A stretch of 64,000 bases of DNA from an uncultured Gemmatimonadales bacterium. Lineage in GTDB: Bacteria > Gemmatimonadota > Gemmatimonadetes > Longimicrobiales > Gaopeijiaceae. Made by a program: the position numbers and the translations under genes. This document shows positions 1-9,055 of this stretch, one piece after another. Below the pieces are notes generated by a model. It was not told where the DNA came from, ran no database searches, and worked only from the letters and a program-made list of their open reading frames with translations. Positions within the stretch are counted from its first letter, which is position 1. Each line of letters opens with the position of its first letter. The stretch spans positions 96,001 to 160,000 of the forward strand of contig CAWELD010000003.1 in the NCBI GenBank assembly GCA_963809895.1, in the 5' to 3' direction.

Positions 1-273
1 CGCCGGGTCGGGGCTGCCTCCCGGCTCGACCGGGTTCGCTTCCAGCAAGCGGCGGCGGTTCTCGGTGACCCGGTAGTGGTCACGGATCAGGTTTCCCGCC
101 ACCCGAAACAGCCAGGCCCGCAACGCGCGCGGGGGCCCGTCCACCTCGTCCCGGACCATGCGAACGAAGGCTTCCTGGGCCACGTCCTGGGCCACGTCCG
201 GGTCTCCGGTGAGCCGTGTGCAGTAGCGATGCAGAGGAGGGAACGCCTCCTCGAAGAGCGTCTGGATCTCCAC
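1..273 (-). CDS. ECF RNA polymerase sigma-70 factor, N-terminal part (runs off the left edge)
   Basis: Not in the ORF track. Manual minus-strand translation from GTG 273 gives VEIQTLFEEAFPPLHRYCTRLTGDPDVAQDVAQEAFVRM...LRAWLFRVAGNLIRDHYR, an ECF region-2 signature. Alternative GTG at 303. Confidence 0.9.
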   Translation of the reverse strand, partial: MEIQTLFEEAFPPLHRYCTRLTGDPDVAQDVAQEAFVRMVRDEVDGPPRALRAWLFRVAGNLIRDHYRVTENRRRLLEANPVEPGGSPDPA

Positions 274-328
274 GGCTCCGTGGGTCCGGGGTGCGAGGCC
301 CACTCACGGCGCCTCTTGGCACAAGTGG

Positions 329-354
329 AACGATCGATGGTCCAAGGATGTGAC
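329..354 (-). promoter_or_regulatory. Putative ECF-type promoter upstream of the sigma gene
   Basis: Minus strand reads GTCACA-N16-CGTT about 55 nt upstream of GTG 273, similar to TGTCACA-N16-CGTC type ECF promoters. Confidence 0.45.
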
Positions 355-425
355 GGGGGCCGGTGCGAAGCCAGCCGAGCACCCACCTTGCCGCTGTCGG
401 AGCCTCGGCGCACCTTGGGCCCGCC

Positions 426-1655
426 ATGCCTCCGATCCACGCTCCTCCCCGAGACCCGCCCGCGCGTGGGTGGTACCCGCGGCCGATCCGGCTGGCGCTG
501 GCCATGGCCCTCGCGGGCGGGGTCTCGTCGGCTTGCGAGCGTCCGCCGGTGCGCGTGACGGTCACGGACAGCGCCGGCGTGGAGGTGGTGACTTCGGAGC
601 CCGTGCGGGTCCCTCTCCCCGTGGCCTTCCGCGTGGAGCCCACGCCGGTGCTGGACCTGGCCATGAGCACGCCGGACGGCCCGGACCTGTCCACCGTGGT
701 CATGGGCGCGCTCCTGCCCGGCGGAGAACTCGTCGTGGGTGACGCGGGGGGCGCCCTTCACCGGGTCGGGCTCGACGGGCAGGTGCGCTGGAGTCTCGCT
801 GCCGCCGGTGCCCTGACGCTGGCTGCGGGTCCGGGGGATTCCGTGACGGCGCTGATCGAGCCGGGGGATTCCCTGGTGGTGCTGGGTCCCTCCGGACTCG
901 GGCGCCGCGTGGGTCTCGTCTGGACGAGCGCGGCACCCCTGGGTGAGCTCTTCCCCGTGGACGGGGGCTTCGTGGCACTCACCGGATGGTCGACCCGCAT
1001 GCTCGGGGAGAGCGCCTCGGCGGGACTGCGCGAAGATCCCGCCGCACTGGTGCGCTTCGGCGAGTCGGGCGCGCTGCTCGACACCCTGGCCACGCCCATG
1101 GGGAGCCAGGTGGGGTTGGTGGGCATCGGTGGGAGGCTGGCACTGGCTCCACCTCATTTCCCGCGCCTCACGCTCCTGGCCGCGGCGGGCGGCCGTCTCT
1201 TTCTGGGCACGGGCGCGCGCGACGAGGTGCTCGAGCTGGATCCCTCGGGGACCCGGCGCAGGATCCTTCGCCGTGCTGGGCGCAGCCTGGCCATCGACGA
1301 CCGGGACCGTGCCGCCGCGCGGGCGTTCCGGCAGCGGCTCCTCGGCGGCAACCCGCTCGCGGCCGGACTGGGCGCCGAGCTGGACCGCGCCCTCCCCATG
1401 CCGGAGCGAATGCCCCCCTACGCCGACCTGATCGCCGACCCGGACGGGCGCCTGTGGGTGGGCGACTACCCGGATCCGGGCGAGGCTCCCTCGGTCTGGA
1501 CCGTGTACGGCTCCGACGGTGGGCTCCTGGGCACGGTGACCCTGCCGATCCGTTTCCACCTTCTGGACGTCGGTGGCGGCCGCATTCTCGGGAACGTCCC
1601 CGGGGGTGCCTCGAGCACCGTGCGCGTCTACGACCTCGTCACTCCCGAACCCTGA
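426..1655 (+). CDS. Exported beta-propeller-like protein, possible lipoprotein
   Basis: Hydrophobic leader ending VSSAC, repeated blade-like segments (DPDGRLWV, VYGSDGGLLG). Start uncertain (363/426/504). Confidence 0.65.
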   Translation: MPPIHAPPRDPPARGWYPRPIRLALAMALAGGVSSACERPPVRVTVTDSAGVEVVTSEPVRVPLPVAFRVEPTPVLDLAMSTPDGPDLSTVVMGALLPGGELVVGDAGGALHRVGLDGQVRWSLAAAGALTLAAGPGDSVTALIEPGDSLVVLGPSGLGRRVGLVWTSAAPLGELFPVDGGFVALTGWSTRMLGESASAGLREDPAALVRFGESGALLDTLATPMGSQVGLVGIGGRLALAPPHFPRLTLLAAAGGRLFLGTGARDEVLELDPSGTRRRILRRAGRSLAIDDRDRAAARAFRQRLLGGNPLAAGLGAELDRALPMPERMPPYADLIADPDGRLWVGDYPDPGEAPSVWTVYGSDGGLLGTVTLPIRFHLLDVGGGRILGNVPGGASSTVRVYDLVTPEP

Positions 1656-1694
1656 ATGATCGTGCTACCGAACCTCTCCGATGGAGTCGACACC

Positions 1695-3020
1695 ATGCGT
1701 CGTCCTTTTGTCGTGCTCGCCGCGCTGGCGGGCGTTCTGTCCGTGGCTCCGAGGCTGGGCGCCCAGGAAGCGCCGGCTCAGGACGCGCGCATCGCCGCTG
1801 CGCTGGACGCCGTCTCGCCTGACAGCCTGGCGGCCTATCTACGCACCCTCGTTTCCTTCGAGACGCGCCACACGCTGTCGGCCGATCTGGCGCCGGACCG
1901 CGGCATCGTCCCGGCGCGCCAGGCCATTCTGGAGCGCTTCCGGTCGTTCAGCCCACGGCTCCAGCCAGCCCTCGACTGCTACAGGATTCCGGAGCAGGGG
2001 CGGATCACCGCCGAGGCCGAGGTCTGCAACGTCGTGGCGATCCTCCCCGGCAGGAGCCCACGGCGTATCTACATCAGCGGACATTTCGACACGGTGGCCC
2101 GCCGGGAGGGGGAGGGCTTCGATTGGTCGCGCTGGGACAATCCCGCGCCAGGAGCCAACGACGACGGCAGCGGCACCGTGCTCACCATGGAGCTGGCTCG
2201 CGTCCTGTCGCAGAGCGGGCTCGAGTTCGACGCCACCCTGGTGTTCGTCGCCTTCGCCGGCGAGGAGGAAGGGCTCATCGGCGCGACCCTGCACGCCCAG
2301 AACGCGGCCCGGGATTCCCTGCGCATCGACGCGGTCTTCAACAGCGACATCATCGGCAACAGCCACGGTGGCAACGGTCTCGTGGACGGAACCACGGTGC
2401 GTGTCTTCGCCGAAGGTCCCGAGGATTCCATGTCGCGGCAGATGGCTCGCTACATTCGACGCTGGGCGGCCGTGTACGTGCCGGGGCATCACGTGCGCCT
2501 CATCGCTCGCGAAGACCGCTTCGGGCGTGGTGGCGACCACACCGCCTTCAACGGTGTGGGCTACGCCGGCGTGCGCTTCTCCGAGGCCAAGGAGAACTAC
2601 TCCAGACAGCACTCGGTCGACGACACCTTCGACGGCGTGGACTTCGACTACCTGTCACGTAACGCGCGCGTGGTGGGCTCCGGGGCCGCGACCGTGGCTC
2701 TGGCTCCGCCGGCTCCGGTGGTCGATGGCGGACGGGGACCCATGCTGGGCCGTGGCCAGACCGGATACGACGCGGCGCTCCGCTGGATCAAGAGCCGAGG
2801 AGCCGTGGCCTACCGCGTGGTCTGGCGCGAGGCCTGGACCCCGGATTGGCAGTACGAGCGCATCGTGGGAGACGTGGATCGCGTGACGCTTCCGGACCTG
2901 TCCATCGACGACTACGTGTTCGGCGTTGCCGCCATCGATGCCGATGGACACGAGAGCCTGGTGTCTCCCTTCGTGCGCCCGCCGCGGGGCTTCAGTCCCG
3001 TCGAGGAGATCGGGCGCTGA
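1695..3020 (+). CDS. Secreted M28-family metallopeptidase with FnIII-like C-terminus
   Basis: SGHFD, GANDDGSG, GEEEGL, NSDIIG, GGDH motifs; signal peptide; GGAG upstream of ATG 1695. Confidence 0.9.
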   Translation: MRRPFVVLAALAGVLSVAPRLGAQEAPAQDARIAAALDAVSPDSLAAYLRTLVSFETRHTLSADLAPDRGIVPARQAILERFRSFSPRLQPALDCYRIPEQGRITAEAEVCNVVAILPGRSPRRIYISGHFDTVARREGEGFDWSRWDNPAPGANDDGSGTVLTMELARVLSQSGLEFDATLVFVAFAGEEEGLIGATLHAQNAARDSLRIDAVFNSDIIGNSHGGNGLVDGTTVRVFAEGPEDSMSRQMARYIRRWAAVYVPGHHVRLIAREDRFGRGGDHTAFNGVGYAGVRFSEAKENYSRQHSVDDTFDGVDFDYLSRNARVVGSGAATVALAPPAPVVDGGRGPMLGRGQTGYDAALRWIKSRGAVAYRVVWREAWTPDWQYERIVGDVDRVTLPDLSIDDYVFGVAAIDADGHESLVSPFVRPPRGFSPVEEIGR

Positions 3021-3155
3021 GTTCAGCAATCATGCCTGGACGTCTGTCCGAGTCGTTGCGGCCCTGCTGCCGCATGGCCCGTCCGCCGCCTTTCGGCCGG
3101 CGCGGTGGCGCCGTATTGTCCTCGTTCCCATTGGACCCCGTTGATGGAGCCTCGA

Positions 3156-5915
3156 ATGCGCATCGCATCCCTCCGGCGTGTGGCGATGCTGGCCGTGGCG
3201 CTCTCGGTCCCTCTGCCGAGCGCGCTGCGGGCTCAACCGCTGCCCACGCAACCCAAGCAGCCTCCCGTTTTCGTCATCAGCAACGCCCGAGTCGTGACGG
3301 TCTCGGGCCAGACGCTCGACCGCGGCACCGTGCTGGTCTCGGACGGCGTCATCCGAGCCGTGGGCCAGAACGTCCAGGTGCCCGACGACGCCTGGACCCT
3401 CGACGGCTCCGGCATGACGGTCTATCCAGGCCTCATCGACGGCATGTCGACGGTGGGCCATCCGGCCGCCGGTGGACAGCAGAACGGAGGAGGGGGCTTC
3501 GGAGGAGGGTTCGGCCAGAACATCGATCCCGACGACTATTCCTGGGGACCCGAGTACAGGCCCGGCACCTTCACCTGGCTGAGCGCGGCCGACGACATCG
3601 ACATGGCCGACGAGCGGGTGCAGTCGTGGCGCAACGCCGGCTTCACCACCACGGTATCGACGCTCGAGGACGGGTTCGTCCCGGGTGACGCCGCCGTTCT
3701 CGACCTCGCCGGCGAGCGGGGCCGCGAGATGGTGGTGGCCAGCCGCGTGGGCACGCGGGTGAACCTCCAGGCCCGGGGCTATCCGGGCTATCCGGGGTCG
3801 CTGCTCGGCTCCTTCGCCTACCTGAAGCAGCTCTACCTCGACGGACAGCACTACGATCTCGTGTGGTCGGCCTACGAGGCCGATCCGGTGGGCAAGACCC
3901 GGCCCGAGTGGGACCGGGCCCTGGACCCCATTCGCGACGCGCTCCATCAGGAGCGGCCCATCCTGTTCCCGGCAGACGACCGCACGCAGATCGAGCGCGC
4001 GATCAAGACCGCCGACGTCATGGGCCTGCCGGTGATCGTGTACGGAGGCCAGGACGCCTGGAACGCCGCCGACGTGTTGAGCGCGGCCGATGTTCCCGTA
4101 CTCCTGGATCTGAACTGGCCCACGGCCCCCACGGGCCCCGCCGCCGCCAACGACGATCCGGACCTGTTGACCCTCCGGCAGCGCGAGTACGCGCCCACCA
4201 CGCCGAAGGTACTGGCCGACGCGGGCGTTCCGTTCGCCTTCGCGGCCGGCTCGCTCCGCAATCCAGCCGACGCCCGGGCGCGGGTGCGGACCGCCATCGC
4301 GCGCGGCCTGTCGCCCGATGACGCGCTCAAGGCCATGACGCTGTGGCCCGCGCGCATCTTCGGCCTGGACGACCGCATGGGCAGCATCGATGTGGGCAAG
4401 ATCGCCAACTTCGTGGTCACCGACGGCGACCTGTTCGATGCGGACACGCACGTGAAGTGGGTCATCGTCGACGGACGGCCCTTCGAGATGGAGGAGCCGG
4501 CGTCGACCCGCATGGCGTCCAACGCCAACGGGAACGGGAACGGCCGCGGACAGCGCGACGCCGCCGCCGAAGAGGGCCCGGGCGAGCCGGTGCCCATGGC
4601 CCAGGACACGGGGCCCTACCGTGACGACGCGGTGACCGCGATCCGCGGCGCCACCGTCTACACGGTGACCAACGGCGTCATCGAGAACGGCACGGTGGTG
4701 ATCCGTAACGGCAAGATCGCCGCCGTGGGCGGGGCCGATACGCAGATTCCCAGTGGGGCCCACGTCGTCGACGGCACGGGCATGCACCTGACGCCGGGCA
4801 TCATCGACGCCCACTCCCACATCGCCGCCGACGCCATCAACGAAGGCACGGTGAACGTGTCGGCCATGGTGGGGATCAAGGACGTGATCAATCCCACCGA
4901 GATCGCCATCTACCGGGCCCTCGCCGGTGGCGTCACGACCATCAACCTGCTGCACGGGTCGGCGAATCCCATCGGTGGCCGCAACGCGATCCTCAAGATG
5001 CGCTGGGGCTCGGACGCCGACGACATGATCTTCCAGGCGGCCCCGGAGGGGATCAAGTTCGCCCTGGGCGAGAACGTCAAGCGCGACCGCACTCCCGATC
5101 GCTACCCCAATTCGCGCATGGGCGTGCAGGACGTGATCCGGGAGGCTTTCCTGGACGCACAGGTCTACCAGGCCAAATGGGACGCCTACGAGGCGGCCAG
5201 GGCACGGGGCGACGACGACGCGCTCCCGCCCCGGCGCGATCTCAAGCTGGAGACGCTGGCCCAGGTGCTGTCCGGTGAACGGCTCGTGCACGCACACTCG
5301 TATCGGGCCGACGAAATCCTGCAGCTGCTGCGCACCGCGGAGGACTTCGGCGTGCGCGTCGCCACGCTGCAGCACGTGCTGGAGGGCTACAAGATCGCCG
5401 ACGAGATCGCGGCCCACGGTGCGGGTGCCTCCACCTTCTCCGACTGGTGGGCCTACAAGGTGGAGGCGTACGACGCCATCCCCTACAATGCCGCGCTCAT
5501 GACCGATCGGGGCGTGGTGGTCTCCATCAACTCCGACGACGCCGAGGAGATGCGGCACCTGAATCAGGAGGCGGCCAAGACCATGAAGTGGGGAGGGATG
5601 TCCCACAACGAAGCGCTCAAGATGGTCACGCTCAATCCCGCGATTCAGCTCGGCGTGGACGACGAGGTGGGAAGCATCGAGGTGGGCAAGGACGCCGACC
5701 TCACGCTCTTCAACGCCGACCCGCTGACCATCGACGCGGTGGTGCAGCAGACCTACGTGGACGGCAAGCTCTACTTCGACATCGACCTCGACAAGGAGCG
5801 GCAGAAGGCCATCGAGGCGGAGATGAAGGCGCTCATGGAGAAGCAGAAGGGTAGGAGCGGTACGCGGGTCGTGACCGACGGAGCCGTGGCTCCGCGCCAG
5901 GAGGTGGTCCGATGA
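3156..5915 (+). CDS. Secreted two-domain amidohydrolase-family protein
   Basis: Two amidohydrolase repeats (GSIDVGKIANFVV, GSIEVGKDADL); the second has IDAHSH, VHAHSY, LQHVLE, INSD; signal peptide; GGAG RBS. Confidence 0.9.
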   Translation: MRIASLRRVAMLAVALSVPLPSALRAQPLPTQPKQPPVFVISNARVVTVSGQTLDRGTVLVSDGVIRAVGQNVQVPDDAWTLDGSGMTVYPGLIDGMSTVGHPAAGGQQNGGGGFGGGFGQNIDPDDYSWGPEYRPGTFTWLSAADDIDMADERVQSWRNAGFTTTVSTLEDGFVPGDAAVLDLAGERGREMVVASRVGTRVNLQARGYPGYPGSLLGSFAYLKQLYLDGQHYDLVWSAYEADPVGKTRPEWDRALDPIRDALHQERPILFPADDRTQIERAIKTADVMGLPVIVYGGQDAWNAADVLSAADVPVLLDLNWPTAPTGPAAANDDPDLLTLRQREYAPTTPKVLADAGVPFAFAAGSLRNPADARARVRTAIARGLSPDDALKAMTLWPARIFGLDDRMGSIDVGKIANFVVTDGDLFDADTHVKWVIVDGRPFEMEEPASTRMASNANGNGNGRGQRDAAAEEGPGEPVPMAQDTGPYRDDAVTAIRGATVYTVTNGVIENGTVVIRNGKIAAVGGADTQIPSGAHVVDGTGMHLTPGIIDAHSHIAADAINEGTVNVSAMVGIKDVINPTEIAIYRALAGGVTTINLLHGSANPIGGRNAILKMRWGSDADDMIFQAAPEGIKFALGENVKRDRTPDRYPNSRMGVQDVIREAFLDAQVYQAKWDAYEAARARGDDDALPPRRDLKLETLAQVLSGERLVHAHSYRADEILQLLRTAEDFGVRVATLQHVLEGYKIADEIAAHGAGASTFSDWWAYKVEAYDAIPYNAALMTDRGVVVSINSDDAEEMRHLNQEAAKTMKWGGMSHNEALKMVTLNPAIQLGVDDEVGSIEVGKDADLTLFNADPLTIDAVVQQTYVDGKLYFDIDLDKERQKAIEAEMKALMEKQKGRSGTRVVTDGAVAPRQEVVR

Positions 5916-7219
5916 GCCGCCGGTTCGCGAGCCTCCGCGCGGGAGGCACGGCGCTGGTCCTGGCGACCCTGGCGGCGGCCGGTCCGCTGGCCGCCCAGAC
6001 CCTGGCCGTACGTGGCGGGACCGTCCATACGCTGGCGGGCGATCCCTTCGTGGGCACGGTCGTGGCGACCGACGGCGTCATCACGGCGGTGGGCGCCGAC
6101 GTTCAGGTGCCGCAGGGTGCGACCGTGATCGACGCGACGGGGAAGCAGGTGTACCCTGGACTGTTCGACGCGGGCACGCAGCTCGGCCTCACCGAGATCG
6201 GTTCGGTCGACGTGACCCAGGACTCGAGGGAGCTGGGGCTCTTCAACCCGCAGCTCCAGACCATGACGGCCATCCACCCGGCCTCGGAGCACATTCCGGT
6301 GGCCCGTGCCAACGGCATCACCCACACGCTGGCGGTACCGGGCACGTCGCCGGGCGGGATCGCCGGCCAGGCGTCGCTGGTCAATCTCGACGGCTGGACC
6401 GTCGAGGAGATGATGATCGCTCCGGGCGCCGCCATGATGATGGTGTGGCCCTCCAAGGGAGGCGGATTCGGCCGTTTCCGGGGCTTCGGCGGCGGCGGGG
6501 GCAACCCGGCCGAGCGTGAGCGGATGTACCAGGAAGCCGTGGATCGGTACACGACCTGGCTGGAGGCGGCTCGGCACTACGAGTCCGCGTACACCGGTGG
6601 TCCGGTGGGCCGCGACCTCAAGCTCGAGGCGCTGGACCGGGTGGTGGACGGGGACATGCCGCTCCTGGTGCAGGTCAACAACGCCGAAGAGATCCGGGAT
6701 GCCGTGGAGTGGGCCGACGCGCAGAACGTGAAGATCGTCATCGCCGGTGGCGAGGAAGCCGACGAGGTGGCCGATCTGCTCGTGGAGAAGGGCGTGGGCG
6801 TCATCCTCGGGCCCACGCAGAGCCTGCCCCGCGAGCGCGACGCCGACTACGACGCCCGGTACCGGCTCCCGGCCAGGCTGCAGGCGGCGGGCGTGAAGAT
6901 CGCCTTCGCCACCTACAATTCGTCGGATTCGCGCGTGCTTCCGTACGAGGCCGGGCAGGCCATGGCCTTCGGGCTGCCCCGTGAGGAGGCCCTCAGGGCC
7001 ATCACGGTGAACGCCGCCGACATGCTGGGCTTCGGCGACCGGCTGGGCACGCTGGAGTCGGGCAAGATCGCGAATCTCATCGTCACGGACGGTGATCCCC
7101 TGGAGATCCAGACGCAGGTGGAGCACCTGGTGATCGGTGGCCACGAGGCCAGCACCGACAACAAGCACCTCGATCTGTACATGAAGTACCGGGCTCGCCC
7201 CCATCCGGGAGGCAACTGA
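5912..7219 (+). CDS. Secreted amidohydrolase-family protein lacking the HxH motif
   Basis: YPGLFDAGTQLG and GTLESGKIANLIV; ATGA overlap with the upstream gene. Confidence 0.88.
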   Translation: MSRRFASLRAGGTALVLATLAAAGPLAAQTLAVRGGTVHTLAGDPFVGTVVATDGVITAVGADVQVPQGATVIDATGKQVYPGLFDAGTQLGLTEIGSVDVTQDSRELGLFNPQLQTMTAIHPASEHIPVARANGITHTLAVPGTSPGGIAGQASLVNLDGWTVEEMMIAPGAAMMMVWPSKGGGFGRFRGFGGGGGNPAERERMYQEAVDRYTTWLEAARHYESAYTGGPVGRDLKLEALDRVVDGDMPLLVQVNNAEEIRDAVEWADAQNVKIVIAGGEEADEVADLLVEKGVGVILGPTQSLPRERDADYDARYRLPARLQAAGVKIAFATYNSSDSRVLPYEAGQAMAFGLPREEALRAITVNAADMLGFGDRLGTLESGKIANLIVTDGDPLEIQTQVEHLVIGGHEASTDNKHLDLYMKYRARPHPGGN

Positions 7220-7244
7220 CCGGACGGCGAGCCTTCGCTCCGGT

Positions 7245-7278
7245 ACGGCCCCGCGGGCAGGTGCGCCCGCGGGGCCGT
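7245..7278 (+). terminator. Strong stem-loop (terminator or mRNA-stability hairpin)
   Basis: Perfect 14-bp stem ACGGCCCCGCGGGC/GCCCGCGGGGCCGT with a 6-nt loop after the amidohydrolase stop; no clear U-tract. Confidence 0.5.
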
Positions 7279-7305
7279 CCTGTACCCTTCTGAGCGGGAG
7301 GAGAC

Positions 7306-8364
7306 ATGGCACGCACGACGTTGTTCGCCGTGACGGCGGCGCTGACCACGCTGCCCGTCGTCGCACCCCGGACCGAAGCCGCAGCGCAGCTCCAGATTCC
7401 CATCCAGGAGTGGGAAGTACCCTGGGCCCAGTCCCGCCCGCGGGACCCCGACCTGGGTCCCGACGGCCGCGTCTGGTTCGTTGGACAGCGTGGTGACTAC
7501 GTGGGGGTGCTCGATCCGGCTACGGGCGACATGAACCGCTTCGATCTGTCCCAAGGCGCCGGGCCCCACAATCTCCTGGTCACCGACGACGGCACGGTGT
7601 GGTACACCGGCAACGCCGACCGCCACATCGGTCGGCTGGACGCCGCCAGCGGCGCCATCGAGCGCTTTCCCATGCCCGACGAGGCCGCGCGGGACCCCCA
7701 CACCCTCATCGAAGACGGCCACGGGGGCATGTGGTTCACGGTCCAGGGAGGGAACTTCGTCGGCCACTTCGATCCGTCCGATGGTGACATCGAGCTCATC
7801 CAGGCTCCCATGGCGGAGAGCCGGGGACGGCCCGCGAGCAGTCGACCCTACGGGATCAAGCTCGACTCCCGAGGCGTGCCGTGGGTGGCGCTGTTCGGCA
7901 CCAATCTCATCGCCCGGGTCGATGCGGCCAGCATGACCCTCGAGACCTTCGAGCTCCCGGACCCGGGAGCCCGCCCACGGCGGCTGGTCATCGACTCGGC
8001 GGACCGCATCTGGTACACGGACTACGCCCGCGGCAAGCTCGGCCGGCTCGATCCCACCACCGGTGACGTGAGCGAGTGGGACAACCCGGGTGGCGACGAC
8101 TCCCGCCCGTACGGGATGGCCGTGGACGCCGGCGACCGCATCTGGTTCGTGGAGACGGGCCTGGATCCCAATACCTTCGTCGGGTTCGACCCGGCGACGG
8201 AGGAGTTCTTCTCCAGGACCGAGATCGACAGCGGTGGCGGGGCCGTGCGCCACATGGTCTACGACCGCGACAACAACGTCGTCTGGTTCGGCACGGACGC
8301 GAACACCATCGGTCGAGCCCAGCTTCCACCGCTCCGGGGCCGGAGTGTCTCGGAAGGGGACTGA
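7306..8364 (+). CDS. Vgb (virginiamycin B lyase)-like beta-propeller protein, exported
   Basis: Repeated P..i..d.dG.vWft blades; signal peptide; GGAGGAG RBS. Confidence 0.85.
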   Translation: MARTTLFAVTAALTTLPVVAPRTEAAAQLQIPIQEWEVPWAQSRPRDPDLGPDGRVWFVGQRGDYVGVLDPATGDMNRFDLSQGAGPHNLLVTDDGTVWYTGNADRHIGRLDAASGAIERFPMPDEAARDPHTLIEDGHGGMWFTVQGGNFVGHFDPSDGDIELIQAPMAESRGRPASSRPYGIKLDSRGVPWVALFGTNLIARVDAASMTLETFELPDPGARPRRLVIDSADRIWYTDYARGKLGRLDPTTGDVSEWDNPGGDDSRPYGMAVDAGDRIWFVETGLDPNTFVGFDPATEEFFSRTEIDSGGGAVRHMVYDRDNNVVWFGTDANTIGRAQLPPLRGRSVSEGD

Positions 8365-8999
8365 TGCCGGGGTTCGGGGTCAGGTGTGCCCAGTTGATTC
8401 CGGTCCTGGTGATGGGTGCCCTGGTAGGGCCGTTGCCAGGGCCGGAAGCCTCGGACGCGGTGGTGCCCCCGCACGCGGATGGGCCGCCCCCGGCGCACAC
8501 AGGTGGCTTCGGCGAGCCCACCTGCCTCGAGTGCCATTCGGACTTCGGGCTGAACGAGTCGGGTGGGCGCCTGACCCTGGACGGTCCGCCGACCCGGTAC
8601 GAGCCGGGACGTACCTACACGATCTCGGTGGTGCTCGAGAGCGGCGAGATGGTCAAGGCCGGGTTCCAGCTTTCCGCGCGCGACCCGACCGGCAGGCAAG
8701 CCGGGACCTTCGTCGCAACGGACCCCCGTGCCGCCGTGCAGAGCGAAGGGGGTGTGGAATACGCCCATCAGACGCTGACGGGCTCGGACGCCGACGATCC
8801 CGAGGTGGTCAGGTGGAGGGTTGCCTGGACGGCGCCCGGCGGTGGGGTCGTGCACTTCCATGCGGCCGCGAACTCGGCCAATGGCGACGATTCGCCCTTC
8901 GGTGACCTCATCTACGCCGTCTCGGCGACCAGCGAAGCGCCGACATCGCCCGGGGCCTCGCAGCCGTCGAGGTGGCCGGACCCTCGTCATCTGCGGTAG
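8364..8999 (+). CDS. Reeler/choice-of-anchor-V-like exported protein with one CxxCH heme motif
   Basis: GPPPAHTGGFGEPTCLECH, YEPGRTYTISV, GFQLSA, WTAP, NSANGD; TGATG overlap with the Vgb-like gene. Confidence 0.75.
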   Translation: MPGFGVRCAQLIPVLVMGALVGPLPGPEASDAVVPPHADGPPPAHTGGFGEPTCLECHSDFGLNESGGRLTLDGPPTRYEPGRTYTISVVLESGEMVKAGFQLSARDPTGRQAGTFVATDPRAAVQSEGGVEYAHQTLTGSDADDPEVVRWRVAWTAPGGGVVHFHAAANSANGDDSPFGDLIYAVSATSEAPTSPGASQPSRWPDPRHLR

Positions 9000-9055
9000 C
9001 TTGGAAGAAGGACCGCACTTCGACGGGTTTCCGGTTTCCCGCCCCCATACGACCT

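Noticed and set aside
7306..8364. Streptogramin resistance gene
   Set aside because: Only the propeller fold is supported; it is exported and has no resistance or mobile context.
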